From: an uncultured Bacteroidota bacterium
GTDB taxonomy: Bacteria > Bacteroidota > Ignavibacteria > UBA10030 > UBA6906
Direction: 5' to 3'
Assembly: GCA_963700635.1 (NCBI GenBank)
Contig: CAVOYH010000001.1
Coordinates: 128,001-192,000 of the forward strand
Length of the DNA: 64,000 bases
In this document: positions 1 to 8,741 of the stretch, piece after piece
Position numbering within the stretch: the stretch's first letter is position 1
Layout: every line of letters begins with the position of its first letter
Translations under genes and position numbers: made by a program
Notes under the pieces: generated by a model
The model's database searches: none
The model's input: only the letters and a program-made list of their open reading frames with translations
What the model was told of the DNA's origin: nothing

Positions 1-2
1 AT

Positions 3-2195
3 CCGAACGGCGTCTGGTATGTCACGCCCGAAGTCACCGGCTTGAGTCTCGGGCGGACCGGGAAATCGGTGAGATTATACAAACCGTTTGACACTCCTGA
101 GCGCGCCTGGGGCCGGGGAGACCTTGATCCGGTGCGCATCAACGTAAATGTTCCGGGCGGAACCAACCTCTCCGATGCCACAGAAGCAGTGTACTTTAAT
201 CGTACCTGGAACGGGCTGGATAACGTGCGTGAGCCGGGTGAAACACACTACCGCCGTCTGAACTCATGGGATGATCCGTCGGAGTACGGTGGTAATCACT
301 ATTATTCGTTTGATATCAGATCGGTTCCAACGGGACAACTTCGTACAGGGAACAACGAGTTTTCATTCTACTCCCAAACCGTTGCCCATCATGGTATGGA
401 AATTCTGTGGCCCGGGCCTGCACTGTCAGTGGCATACTCCGGAAGTTATGCCTCACCCGTGCCGGGCGGGGCAACGCTCGCTTCGCCTGCCAACAATGCT
501 ACCGGTCAGGCGGTGACGCTGACGCTCCGCTGGCGTCCTGCGCCGGCCGCGACATCGTATGATCTGCAGGTTTCCGCGGATTCCACATTCGGGACGACGG
601 TGGTTAACCTTAGCGGTGTGGCGGATACGAGTTCGGCGGTTGGTCCATTGTCAAATCTGACCCGATATTTCTGGCGTGTTCGTGGGAGAAATGCCGCAGG
701 AACAGGAGCGTATTCCGGCTACTGGGCATTTAATACATTTGTTGCCCCTCCTACACTTGCATCGCCGGCGAACAACACTACGAATCAGGCTCCGACAGTT
801 CCCTTCGTGTGGAGGATGTTGTCAGGTGCGACGTCCTACAGACTTCAAGTGGCGCTGAATGCCGGCTTTACGGTGGGGAACGTCGTAAAAGATACCACGC
901 TTTCGGATACAACGCTCACACTAAGCGGATTGCAGTATAGCACTCCGTACTTCTGGCGGGTTGCAGCGCAGACCGCCACTGTCTGGGGGGATTACTCCCC
1001 GGCGTGGACATTCACAACAGCGCTTGCACCTGCGGGTATTCCGACGCAGCTCCTGCCGGCCAACAATGCCATTGACCTGCCCGTGGCTCTCACAATCCGA
1101 TGGCGAACTGCGAGTGGCGCTGCCCAGTACCACCTCCAGATGGGAACGGATTCCACGTTTGGATCGGGCATGATTGTTAATGATTCTACGCTCACCGACA
1201 CGGCACGAACGGTGAGTAGTCTCGCCTTCAACCAGCGTTATCACTGGCGGGTACGGGCGAAAAACGCCGGTGGATCCAGTGCATTCTCGCCGGTGTGGCA
1301 TTTCCGGACAGTGATGAGCGTCCCAACGGGTCCGGTTCTTCTGACTCCGCCTTTCGGTGCAATTGAGCAGCCGACTGCTGGGCTCATCTTTTCGTGGCTG
1401 CCGATTCCGGGAGCAACAATCTACACACTACAACTTGCAACTGACTCGACATTTACGTCGGGAATTGTAAAGAACGATACCACCATTACCGATACGACAC
1501 GCTCTATCACAGGCCTTGCGCAGAACACGAGGCACTTCTGGCGTGTTGCGGGGCGTAATGCGGGCGGGCCGGGGCCGTTCTCCTCCACGTGGAATTTTAC
1601 TACGTACATGCCAGTCCCCGGTGCCGTAACGCTGGTGAGTCCGGCCCATCTAGCGGTCATAGGAACGGACAGTGTGCGTTGCCTCTGGAATCCCCCCACA
1701 CCCCAGGCGACGCGGTACTGGTTTGAGGTCTCGGTCGATTCCACGTTTGGAGGATTTACCCTGACTGACTCAACCCTTACCGATACATCCAAGGTGGTGA
1801 AGCCCCTGATCAATAACACCATCTACTACTGGCGGGTCCGTGGCGGAACCGCCACGTCATGGGGTGCATTCTCCTCCAGTCGCCGGTTCTCCGTTCTGGT
1901 GACCTCCGTGGCGAATCCCCGGAGTGTACCCGAGGAATTTGTGTTGCAGCAGAACTATCCGAATCCGTTTAATCCGTCTACGGAGATCAGCTTCGGCATT
2001 CCAAAGGAAAGCCGTGTGCGCATCGAAGTGTACAATCTGCTCGGACAGCAGGTTGCGACCGTCCTGGACGGCATCCGGTCAGCAGGGTACCATACTGTCA
2101 GATTTGATGCCGGTGCGCTCACGAGCGGAATGTATATGTACCGGTTGACCTCCGGGGAGACATCGTTGTTCCGTAAGATGATGTTTGTGAAATAA
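3..2195 (+). CDS. Secreted protein, 5'-truncated: unknown domain (ends HGMEILWPGPAL) + five FN3-like repeats + T9SS type A CTD
   Basis: Frame is open from the window edge (PNGVWYVTPEVTGL...). Repeats of P.L..P.N....W......Y.LQV...F...YYWRV. C-terminus QNYPNPFNPSTEISF...GMYMYRL...RKMMFVK. Confidence 0.9.
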   Translation, partial: PNGVWYVTPEVTGLSLGRTGKSVRLYKPFDTPERAWGRGDLDPVRINVNVPGGTNLSDATEAVYFNRTWNGLDNVREPGETHYRRLNSWDDPSEYGGNHYYSFDIRSVPTGQLRTGNNEFSFYSQTVAHHGMEILWPGPALSVAYSGSYASPVPGGATLASPANNATGQAVTLTLRWRPAPAATSYDLQVSADSTFGTTVVNLSGVADTSSAVGPLSNLTRYFWRVRGRNAAGTGAYSGYWAFNTFVAPPTLASPANNTTNQAPTVPFVWRMLSGATSYRLQVALNAGFTVGNVVKDTTLSDTTLTLSGLQYSTPYFWRVAAQTATVWGDYSPAWTFTTALAPAGIPTQLLPANNAIDLPVALTIRWRTASGAAQYHLQMGTDSTFGSGMIVNDSTLTDTARTVSSLAFNQRYHWRVRAKNAGGSSAFSPVWHFRTVMSVPTGPVLLTPPFGAIEQPTAGLIFSWLPIPGATIYTLQLATDSTFTSGIVKNDTTITDTTRSITGLAQNTRHFWRVAGRNAGGPGPFSSTWNFTTYMPVPGAVTLVSPAHLAVIGTDSVRCLWNPPTPQATRYWFEVSVDSTFGGFTLTDSTLTDTSKVVKPLINNTIYYWRVRGGTATSWGAFSSSRRFSVLVTSVANPRSVPEEFVLQQNYPNPFNPSTEISFGIPKESRVRIEVYNLLGQQVATVLDGIRSAGYHTVRFDAGALTSGMYMYRLTSGETSLFRKMMFVK

Positions 2196-2391
2196 CGGTG
2201 GGTGGAACCCCCGGCCCGGCGGGATGTGCAATCCGGTGAGGCATGGTTGTTGTGAATCATATGCGGTGAAGTGAATACTGCAGCTTGCAATGTGGGGAAC
2301 ATCGTTCCAGTATGAGCCTCTGGATACTGTATTCCACACTGTGAGCTGCAGGCATGTTTACGGGTGCCCATTGCTTCCGACATGAAGGAGA

Positions 2392-2580
2392 ATGTCCCGT
2401 ACCAGTTGGAGGCGGAGGGGGAAACCCCGGTCAGATTATCCGGAATCTGGTCAACGTGATGAAGCTTCCCGGGCAGTGAACGTGACGCCGGGCACAGAAC
2501 GAGTGACCGGCGGAACGTACTATTACAGAATCAGAAGTGGCAAGTTTATTGATGCTAAAATGGGTATTTTACTCCGGTAG
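2392..2580 (+). pseudogene. Frameshifted relic of a T9SS CTD
   Basis: GNPGQIIRNLVNVMKLPGQ* in the frame starting at 2420, and GGTYYYRIRSGKFIDAKMGILLR* in another frame. These resemble the middle and end of the neighbouring CTDs. Confidence 0.55.
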
Positions 2581-2612
2581 ATCACCTATCACACCTGAAA
2601 GGACCGTTTTGT

Positions 2613-5564
2613 ATGCGTCCCAGCAACTGGGTAGTCCGCACGTCAATCCCCGCGTCCCTGGGGATACTGATGGCGACAATTTTTATGGTCACGGTATTGG
2701 TCCCCCGGGCGGATGCCGGCGGACCCTGGTGGAACGATACCTGGAAATACCGTGTGCGACTGACGGTGGGCGCCGCGGGATATGCCAGGTTCGACAAGGT
2801 CGCGGAGGCGCCGGTGAACTTCACCCAATTGCTGACGGCGCTGGGCAAATCCGGTTCGCTTGACCTAAACTCCCTCCGTGTTATCGAGACGAATGCTGCC
2901 GGAACAATTCTCTTTACCTCGGTCCCATTCCAGTTTGACAGGGATGCAGATTTTGATGCCGCTACCAGGGCGTCGGGAACCATGGTTGTCCTTCTGAGCG
3001 GCACAACCACCTCCTCTTCTGAACGATACTTTGATGTGTACTTCACAGTCACAGGGGGGGCGTTTACTCCTCCCGTCTTTGATCAAATCGTCGGGATCGA
3101 GGAGAATGCCTGGGACATGGGGCAGGCAGCCTACCGGATCGACGGCCCCGGCGTTTCCCTCTACTATCAAACTCAGGCCGGGGCGTTCTCCAGCGTGGTA
3201 GATGCGGACTATAATGACTGGGTAGACTGGAACTTTACCGACGGACCGGGTGGAACCTATCGCGGGATACCCAACGCGGTCGTGCCGGAGTCTTTTTTTC
3301 ATCCCGGCGCGCTTAATGCGCTGAGTACCGTAACGTCCAAAGGACCGCTGAAGGTCACGGTCAGGACCAGCACTTCTGATGGAAAGTGGGAAGCACGGTG
3401 GGAGTTCTATTCCCGCTATGCGACCATGACGATGGTGAAAAAGGACCATCCGTTCTGGTTTCTCTACGAGGGGGTGCCCGGCGGCACTCTCGACGGGAGC
3501 GACGATTTTATGCTTCGTGCAAACGGAACAAAGACCCAGCTGTACGAACCCTGGAGTTCGGATCTCTCCGGCGATGAGTGGGTGTACTTCAGCGATCCGG
3601 GAACTCGGCGTTCGTTATTCTTTGCACATCATGATGACGATGCGCTCCTCGAATCGTATTATAACTACAACGACAGCATGACCGTATTCGGATTCGGGCG
3701 TAGTAATGATCCCCTCGAAGCTATGATGTCAACCGTTCCGAATCAGTTTACCTTCGGGTTTATCAATGATACGTCTTTTGTCCGCTGCAGGGATTCCATC
3801 ACATCTGCGTATAAGCTTCTCTCGGTGACCCTTGGAAGTCCGGAAGAGCCCGGTCCCGCCGTACCGGTTCTTCTTCTGCCGAATGACGGCGGAAGCGGTG
3901 CCGCAATACCGGTTCAGTTCCGCTGGCGCGCTGCGGAACGCGCAACGTCTTACCGCCTTCAGGTATCAACGTCAAGCGGCTTTGCCGGGGGGATGGTTTT
4001 TGATGATTCTACGTTGACGGATACGACAGCGAATATCAGCACACTATCCGGGAAAACGCTGTACTACTGGAGAGTCAGCGCAAGGAATTCATCCGGCAGC
4101 AGTGCATACTCATCACCGTGGTCGTTTCAGACCGGTCTGAATGTCCCGGTTCTGCTCACGCCCGCACATGGTGCAACAGGCCGGCAACAACCCCTTCAAC
4201 TCATCTGGTCGTCAGTGAGTGGGGCCCTGGCCTATCATGTCCAGGTGAGCACTGAACCAGGATTCACCTCGGGGCTGATCCTTGACGATGCAGCCGTCGT
4301 TGATACACAGCGTACCATTTCGGGATTGGCCGGCTCGACACTATACTACTGGCGCGCAGCGGCACGTGATGCAGGGGGAGACGGCCCCTACGCGCCGGCG
4401 AGAACATTTACGACAGCTGTGCCTTCGCCCGGACTGATCAGTCCTGCCGACAATGCGTCCGATGTGCCACTCGCGTTGGTGCTCGTGTGGTCCTCCATGC
4501 CTGCCGCCACCTTCTATCATGTCCAGGTGTCCACTGATCCCGATTTCGCCGGTGGCATTGCGCTGGATGACGCATCTGTGACAGACACGAGCCGTCTGGT
4601 GATGGGACTATCGCAGAGCACCCGCTACTACTGGCGGGTGAGCGCGGGTGAGTCGGGAGGGGAAGGTCCGTTCTCCATCGCGCGAACATTCTCGACTGTA
4701 TTCCCCGCGCCTGTGCTCCTGACTCCCAATGCGGGCGCAACGGCGCAACCGGTTAATCTGACATTCCGCTGGAACCGCGTACCCGGCGCAGTACGGTATC
4801 ATTTCCAGCTTGCGACAGACACACTGTTTACCGTTCTTATAAAGAACGACACAACCATCACGGACAGTGTTCGGCTGGTGAACGGGCTGACAAATACCAC
4901 CTGGTACTACTGGCGGGTAAAAGCAAGCAGTGCCACCACATCCGGTCCGTTCTCATTACGGCGGAGCTTCCGGACCATAGGTGTGCTGCCCCCGGCAGTG
5001 ACACTCCTTGACCCTGTGGAAGATTCCAGTTTCCCTCCGGACAGTGTCCGTTGCAGATGGGCGAGTGTACAACCGTCAACCCGCTACTGGTTAGAGCTGG
5101 GCATGGACTCTCTGTTCGCCTTGCGTATCGTTGATTCAACGTTAACGGATACCACGAAGGTGGTTCGCTCGCTCCTTGCGGGAAGGACATACTGGTGGAA
5201 AGTGCGTGGTGGTACTGCTGAAGGATGGGGGCCACTCAGCAGCACCCGGAGATTTACACTGACGGTGACAGGGGTGGTGCGTGATGAATCGCCCGCACCC
5301 GGATCGTATGCGCTGGATCAGAATTTTCCGAATCCGTTTAATCCATCGACAATTATCCCGTTCGCGCTCCCTTCGGCCGGTTTTGTGCGCCTCGAAGTCT
5401 TCACGACCCTGGGTGAGAGCGTTGCCTTGCTTGTAAACGAGCAGTACGCAGCGGGCCATCATGAAGCCCGGTTTACAACCGGAGGCCTGGCCAGCGGGAC
5501 GTACTTCTACCGGTTGAGCGTGAACGGTTTGGTCTTTACAAGACCCATGATACTCCTCCGGTAA
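2613..5564 (+). CDS. Secreted protein: signal peptide, DUF2341-like N-terminal motif, putative carbohydrate-related beta domain, five FN3-like repeats, T9SS type A CTD
   Basis: Hydrophobic N-terminus ending ADA; WWNDTWKYRVRLTV; YYWRV repeats; DQNFPNPFNPST...GTYFYRL...MILLR. Confidence 0.9.
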   Translation: MRPSNWVVRTSIPASLGILMATIFMVTVLVPRADAGGPWWNDTWKYRVRLTVGAAGYARFDKVAEAPVNFTQLLTALGKSGSLDLNSLRVIETNAAGTILFTSVPFQFDRDADFDAATRASGTMVVLLSGTTTSSSERYFDVYFTVTGGAFTPPVFDQIVGIEENAWDMGQAAYRIDGPGVSLYYQTQAGAFSSVVDADYNDWVDWNFTDGPGGTYRGIPNAVVPESFFHPGALNALSTVTSKGPLKVTVRTSTSDGKWEARWEFYSRYATMTMVKKDHPFWFLYEGVPGGTLDGSDDFMLRANGTKTQLYEPWSSDLSGDEWVYFSDPGTRRSLFFAHHDDDALLESYYNYNDSMTVFGFGRSNDPLEAMMSTVPNQFTFGFINDTSFVRCRDSITSAYKLLSVTLGSPEEPGPAVPVLLLPNDGGSGAAIPVQFRWRAAERATSYRLQVSTSSGFAGGMVFDDSTLTDTTANISTLSGKTLYYWRVSARNSSGSSAYSSPWSFQTGLNVPVLLTPAHGATGRQQPLQLIWSSVSGALAYHVQVSTEPGFTSGLILDDAAVVDTQRTISGLAGSTLYYWRAAARDAGGDGPYAPARTFTTAVPSPGLISPADNASDVPLALVLVWSSMPAATFYHVQVSTDPDFAGGIALDDASVTDTSRLVMGLSQSTRYYWRVSAGESGGEGPFSIARTFSTVFPAPVLLTPNAGATAQPVNLTFRWNRVPGAVRYHFQLATDTLFTVLIKNDTTITDSVRLVNGLTNTTWYYWRVKASSATTSGPFSLRRSFRTIGVLPPAVTLLDPVEDSSFPPDSVRCRWASVQPSTRYWLELGMDSLFALRIVDSTLTDTTKVVRSLLAGRTYWWKVRGGTAEGWGPLSSTRRFTLTVTGVVRDESPAPGSYALDQNFPNPFNPSTIIPFALPSAGFVRLEVFTTLGESVALLVNEQYAAGHHEARFTTGGLASGTYFYRLSVNGLVFTRPMILLR

Positions 5565-5586
5565 CAGAAGAAAAAGGATTTCACGT

Positions 5587-6552
5587 ATGCCACGTGTCAG
5601 TATCGGACTTCCCGTCTATAATGGTGAACAATATCTCGACGAGACATTACGCTCGCTGCTCGCGCAATCGTATCGGGATTTTGAGATTATCATTTCGGAC
5701 AACGGATCAACCGATGACACGCAGGATATCTGCCGGCGTTATGCCGGGCAGGACAACCGGATCCGGTACTACCGTGAGACGGAGAATCAGGGGGCGTCCT
5801 GGAATTATAACCGCGTTGTACACCTGGCAACGGGAGAGTATTTCAAATGGGCGGCGCATGACGACCTGATCACCCCCGACTACCTCGAAAGATGCGTCGC
5901 TGTGCTTGACTCGGACCCCGAGGTTGTGCTATGCTGTACCGACGATCAGGATATCAACGAGGAGGGTCGCCCGGTCGATGCACGGCGACACAGCCACATT
6001 CCGGGCAGCGCACGGGGAAGTGCTCCCCGTGCCTCGCTCCGGTTCCGGCGATTGATCCGGGACGATTATGATTGCGAACAGGTGTTCGGGCTCTTCCGGC
6101 TGGCGGTATTGAGGAAAACGAAGTTGATCCTCAGTTATACCGACTCCGACCGGACGCTTCTGGCGGAAACAGGGCTGTATGGTCGACTATTCGAAATCCC
6201 GGAGCCACTTTTCCTTCACCGCCAGCATCCCGGTTCATCCTGTAAAGCAAACCCGATTACCTCCGGTTGGCATGAACGGGTCAGCTGGTTTGATCCCCGT
6301 CTTTCCGGAAAGGCTCTTTTTTCCCGCTGGAGGCAGATCCGCGAACACCTGGTGGCCATTGCCCGTTCGCCGATCAGTTATACGGAAAAAGCCGCCTGTC
6401 TTTTCTGGCTGATCGTATACCAGCGCGGCCGCATCGTTCCCCTCGTGAGGGAAATTGTCGTCGGCGTTAAGCTTATCCTGTTTCCACCCGCCCCGCCACA
6501 TGCAGCTTTAGCGGGTGCGCCAACGGACAGCGCTGGAGACCGGGATGCCTGA
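5587..6552 (+). CDS. Glycosyltransferase family 2
   Basis: VSIGLPVYNGE, IIISDNGSTD, FKWAAHDD. Confidence 0.93.
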   Translation: MPRVSIGLPVYNGEQYLDETLRSLLAQSYRDFEIIISDNGSTDDTQDICRRYAGQDNRIRYYRETENQGASWNYNRVVHLATGEYFKWAAHDDLITPDYLERCVAVLDSDPEVVLCCTDDQDINEEGRPVDARRHSHIPGSARGSAPRASLRFRRLIRDDYDCEQVFGLFRLAVLRKTKLILSYTDSDRTLLAETGLYGRLFEIPEPLFLHRQHPGSSCKANPITSGWHERVSWFDPRLSGKALFSRWRQIREHLVAIARSPISYTEKAACLFWLIVYQRGRIVPLVREIVVGVKLILFPPAPPHAALAGAPTDSAGDRDA

Positions 6553-6580
6553 CATACACGGGCGAGGAATGGTTTAGCGT

Positions 6581-7525
6581 ATGGAGGCAGAGTCAATACG
6601 TTTCAGCATCGTCATCCCCACCTACAACAGGGCGCAGCTCATAGGCAGAGCGGTGGCCTGCGCTCTTCAGCAGACGATACCCTGCCATGAGGTCTTTGTC
6701 GTGGACGATGGCTCCACCGACAACACACTGGAAGTTGTCCGCAATACTGATCTACGCGTAAAGGTGATTCCCCTTGACCACGGAGGGCCTTCGCGCGCCC
6801 GTAACCGTGGGGTGGCGCTCGCTTCAGGCGATTGGATCGCCTTTCTTGATTCGGATGACCTCTGGCACCCTGACTACCTTGAGCGTATGGCCCGTGCGAT
6901 CCGTGAAACCCGGGGGGAAGCCGCCGTCTATTTTTCAGATGTTGAATATGAGCAGGGGAGTTCACGGGTGATGTACTGGTCAGACTGCAAGTTTTCCTCC
7001 GGACGCCCGGTGAAACTTTATCGTGATGCGTCCTCTCTTGCGATGATGGGCACGCACCCTATGGTGATTCCGTTCAGCATCTTCCGGAAAGAAGCATATC
7101 TCCGCCACGGAGGACTCTGGGAGGAGCTCTGGTCGGCCGAAGACACACACCTGTTCATCAAGATGGGGCTGCGGGAGTCGTTCTGTGCCGTGGCCGGGTC
7201 GGGAGGGGTGGTGACTGCGGACGAACGGGATCCGGAAAACAGGCTTACAGTGGCCTTCGATACGGGGACGATCAAACGATGGCGAGGGATGGTGAAAATG
7301 TACAGGGATCTTCTTGAGCGCACCCCGACGCTCTCCATCCCACAGCGAGCAGAACTTCGCAATCGCCTCGCCCACAGCTACTGGCGCATCTCACGCCTTT
7401 CTTGGCTGGAGGGAAAATACATTGACGCACTCGATGGGTTTGTCGCTTCTCTCCGCATCGACCCCCGTGTTATTCCCGGAGCATTCCGCAGGACGATCAT
7501 GCGTCCCGCGGGCCTGAAGAACTAG
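6581..7525 (+). CDS. Glycosyltransferase family 2
   Basis: FSIVIPTYNR, VVDDGSTD, ARNRG, IAFLDSDD, later ED motif. Confidence 0.93.
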   Translation: MEAESIRFSIVIPTYNRAQLIGRAVACALQQTIPCHEVFVVDDGSTDNTLEVVRNTDLRVKVIPLDHGGPSRARNRGVALASGDWIAFLDSDDLWHPDYLERMARAIRETRGEAAVYFSDVEYEQGSSRVMYWSDCKFSSGRPVKLYRDASSLAMMGTHPMVIPFSIFRKEAYLRHGGLWEELWSAEDTHLFIKMGLRESFCAVAGSGGVVTADERDPENRLTVAFDTGTIKRWRGMVKMYRDLLERTPTLSIPQRAELRNRLAHSYWRISRLSWLEGKYIDALDGFVASLRIDPRVIPGAFRRTIMRPAGLKN

Positions 7526-8501
7526 AAATCAAATCACTCCCGGTAATGGTGTATCGAATCCGCTTTTCGAATCCTTTTCCCTCTGGCAGATTTCCAATCA
7601 ATCCCTTTGTCATGTGGTAGGTGACCAGGGCGATTGACCGGATGTAGAGAAGTATTTTTTTCGGTCCTTTCCACGCAGCCAGTCCCACCAGGGTCAGAGT
7701 GTAGAGGGCAGCGACAATCGCTGCGACGGTGTGCCATCCCAGGAAAAGGCCTACAAGAATTGCAGCAGGCGTTCCTACTACCACACCTTGCTGGGCAAAT
7801 ACCGGCGCCGTTGCGCGAATGAGACGGCGTGCAAGGTCGCTTCCGGGGTAGCGTCTCAGAATCTGACCCGTGCCGGCAAAGTACCTGGCCTTTTGGTCTA
7901 CTTGCCGCGAGTCTTTAGGTTTGTCAACATGGTACGCCATGGGTGTCGCTATACGTTTCAGCGTATACCCCCCCGTAAGAAGCCGGTACCCGAGTTCAAT
8001 TTCTTCCTCCCCCTTGATATACGGATTGAAGGTGCCACATTGCTCGAGGGCTGCCCTGCGGTACAGGGCGGAAATATTGATCCCCTTGATCTCACCGAGC
8101 GGGAAGTCATCGGGATGACGCTGTGAAGGCTCTTCGCCCGGGTACACGAAAAAGATCCGGCCCGCCACGCCGGCGAGCGAACTGTCACGCATTTCTTCAA
8201 GGCTCTTTTTCAGCCAGCCCCTCATGAGGATCATGTCGCCGTCGAGGAAGAACAAAAACTCCCCCTTGCTGAGAAGCGTGCCGATGTATCTTCCGGCTGC
8301 AGGCGAGAGAAGCGGGCTTGGTTCGAGGTGAATGATACGAACAGGGAAGGAGCTGGCAAGGGCAACCGTCCGGTCCGTGGAAGCAGAATTAACGAGGAGA
8401 ATTTCCGCGTCCAGATTCTCCAGTTCTTCCACCAGAACCGCCAGATTCCGGGCGATAGTGGACTCTTCGTTCCGTGCAATTATTACAATGCTGATTTCCA
8501 T
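7497..8501 (-). CDS. Glycosyltransferase family 2 with C-terminal TM segments
   Basis: ISIVIIARNEE, NSASTDRT, FFLDGDM, GEEE. Convergent 29-bp 3' overlap with the previous gene. Confidence 0.9.
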   Translation of the reverse strand: MEISIVIIARNEESTIARNLAVLVEELENLDAEILLVNSASTDRTVALASSFPVRIIHLEPSPLLSPAAGRYIGTLLSKGEFLFFLDGDMILMRGWLKKSLEEMRDSSLAGVAGRIFFVYPGEEPSQRHPDDFPLGEIKGINISALYRRAALEQCGTFNPYIKGEEEIELGYRLLTGGYTLKRIATPMAYHVDKPKDSRQVDQKARYFAGTGQILRRYPGSDLARRLIRATAPVFAQQGVVVGTPAAILVGLFLGWHTVAAIVAALYTLTLVGLAAWKGPKKILLYIRSIALVTYHMTKGLIGNLPEGKGFEKRIRYTITGSDLISSSSGPRDA

Positions 8502-8595
8502 CGAATCCCGGTATCAGAAGGGGTGGTTTGAGCAACGAACCGGACAAAGATAGCCAATCCGGTCAAGAAACGCAACGAAACCGACCCTGATCATT

Positions 8596-8624
8596 TTTCA
8601 CTTTTCTCCCAAAATGTGTATATT
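8596..8624 (+). promoter_or_regulatory. Putative sigma70 promoter for the 8742 gene
   Basis: TATATT at 8619-8624 with a weak -35 (TTTCAC) 17 bp upstream. SD GGAGG precedes the ATG at 8742. Confidence 0.4.
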
Positions 8625-8741
8625 GTCACTTGATCCTGTACCGGATGTGTGATCCCCGGCACACCGGAAGATAGCCAAAGCAGCTATGTTAGATGAACCG
8701 AGGTTCATCTGCCCACAGTATTTCCAACAACGGAGGATTCC

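Noticed and set aside
470-5280. Repeats as a CRISPR array or diversity-generating target
   Set aside because: The repeats are protein-level FN3 modules with diverged DNA; there is no constant repeat/spacer pattern, cas gene or reverse transcriptase.
7497-7525. Convergent 29-bp overlap of two GT2 genes
   Set aside because: Short 3' overlaps are common and there is no evidence of a special function.
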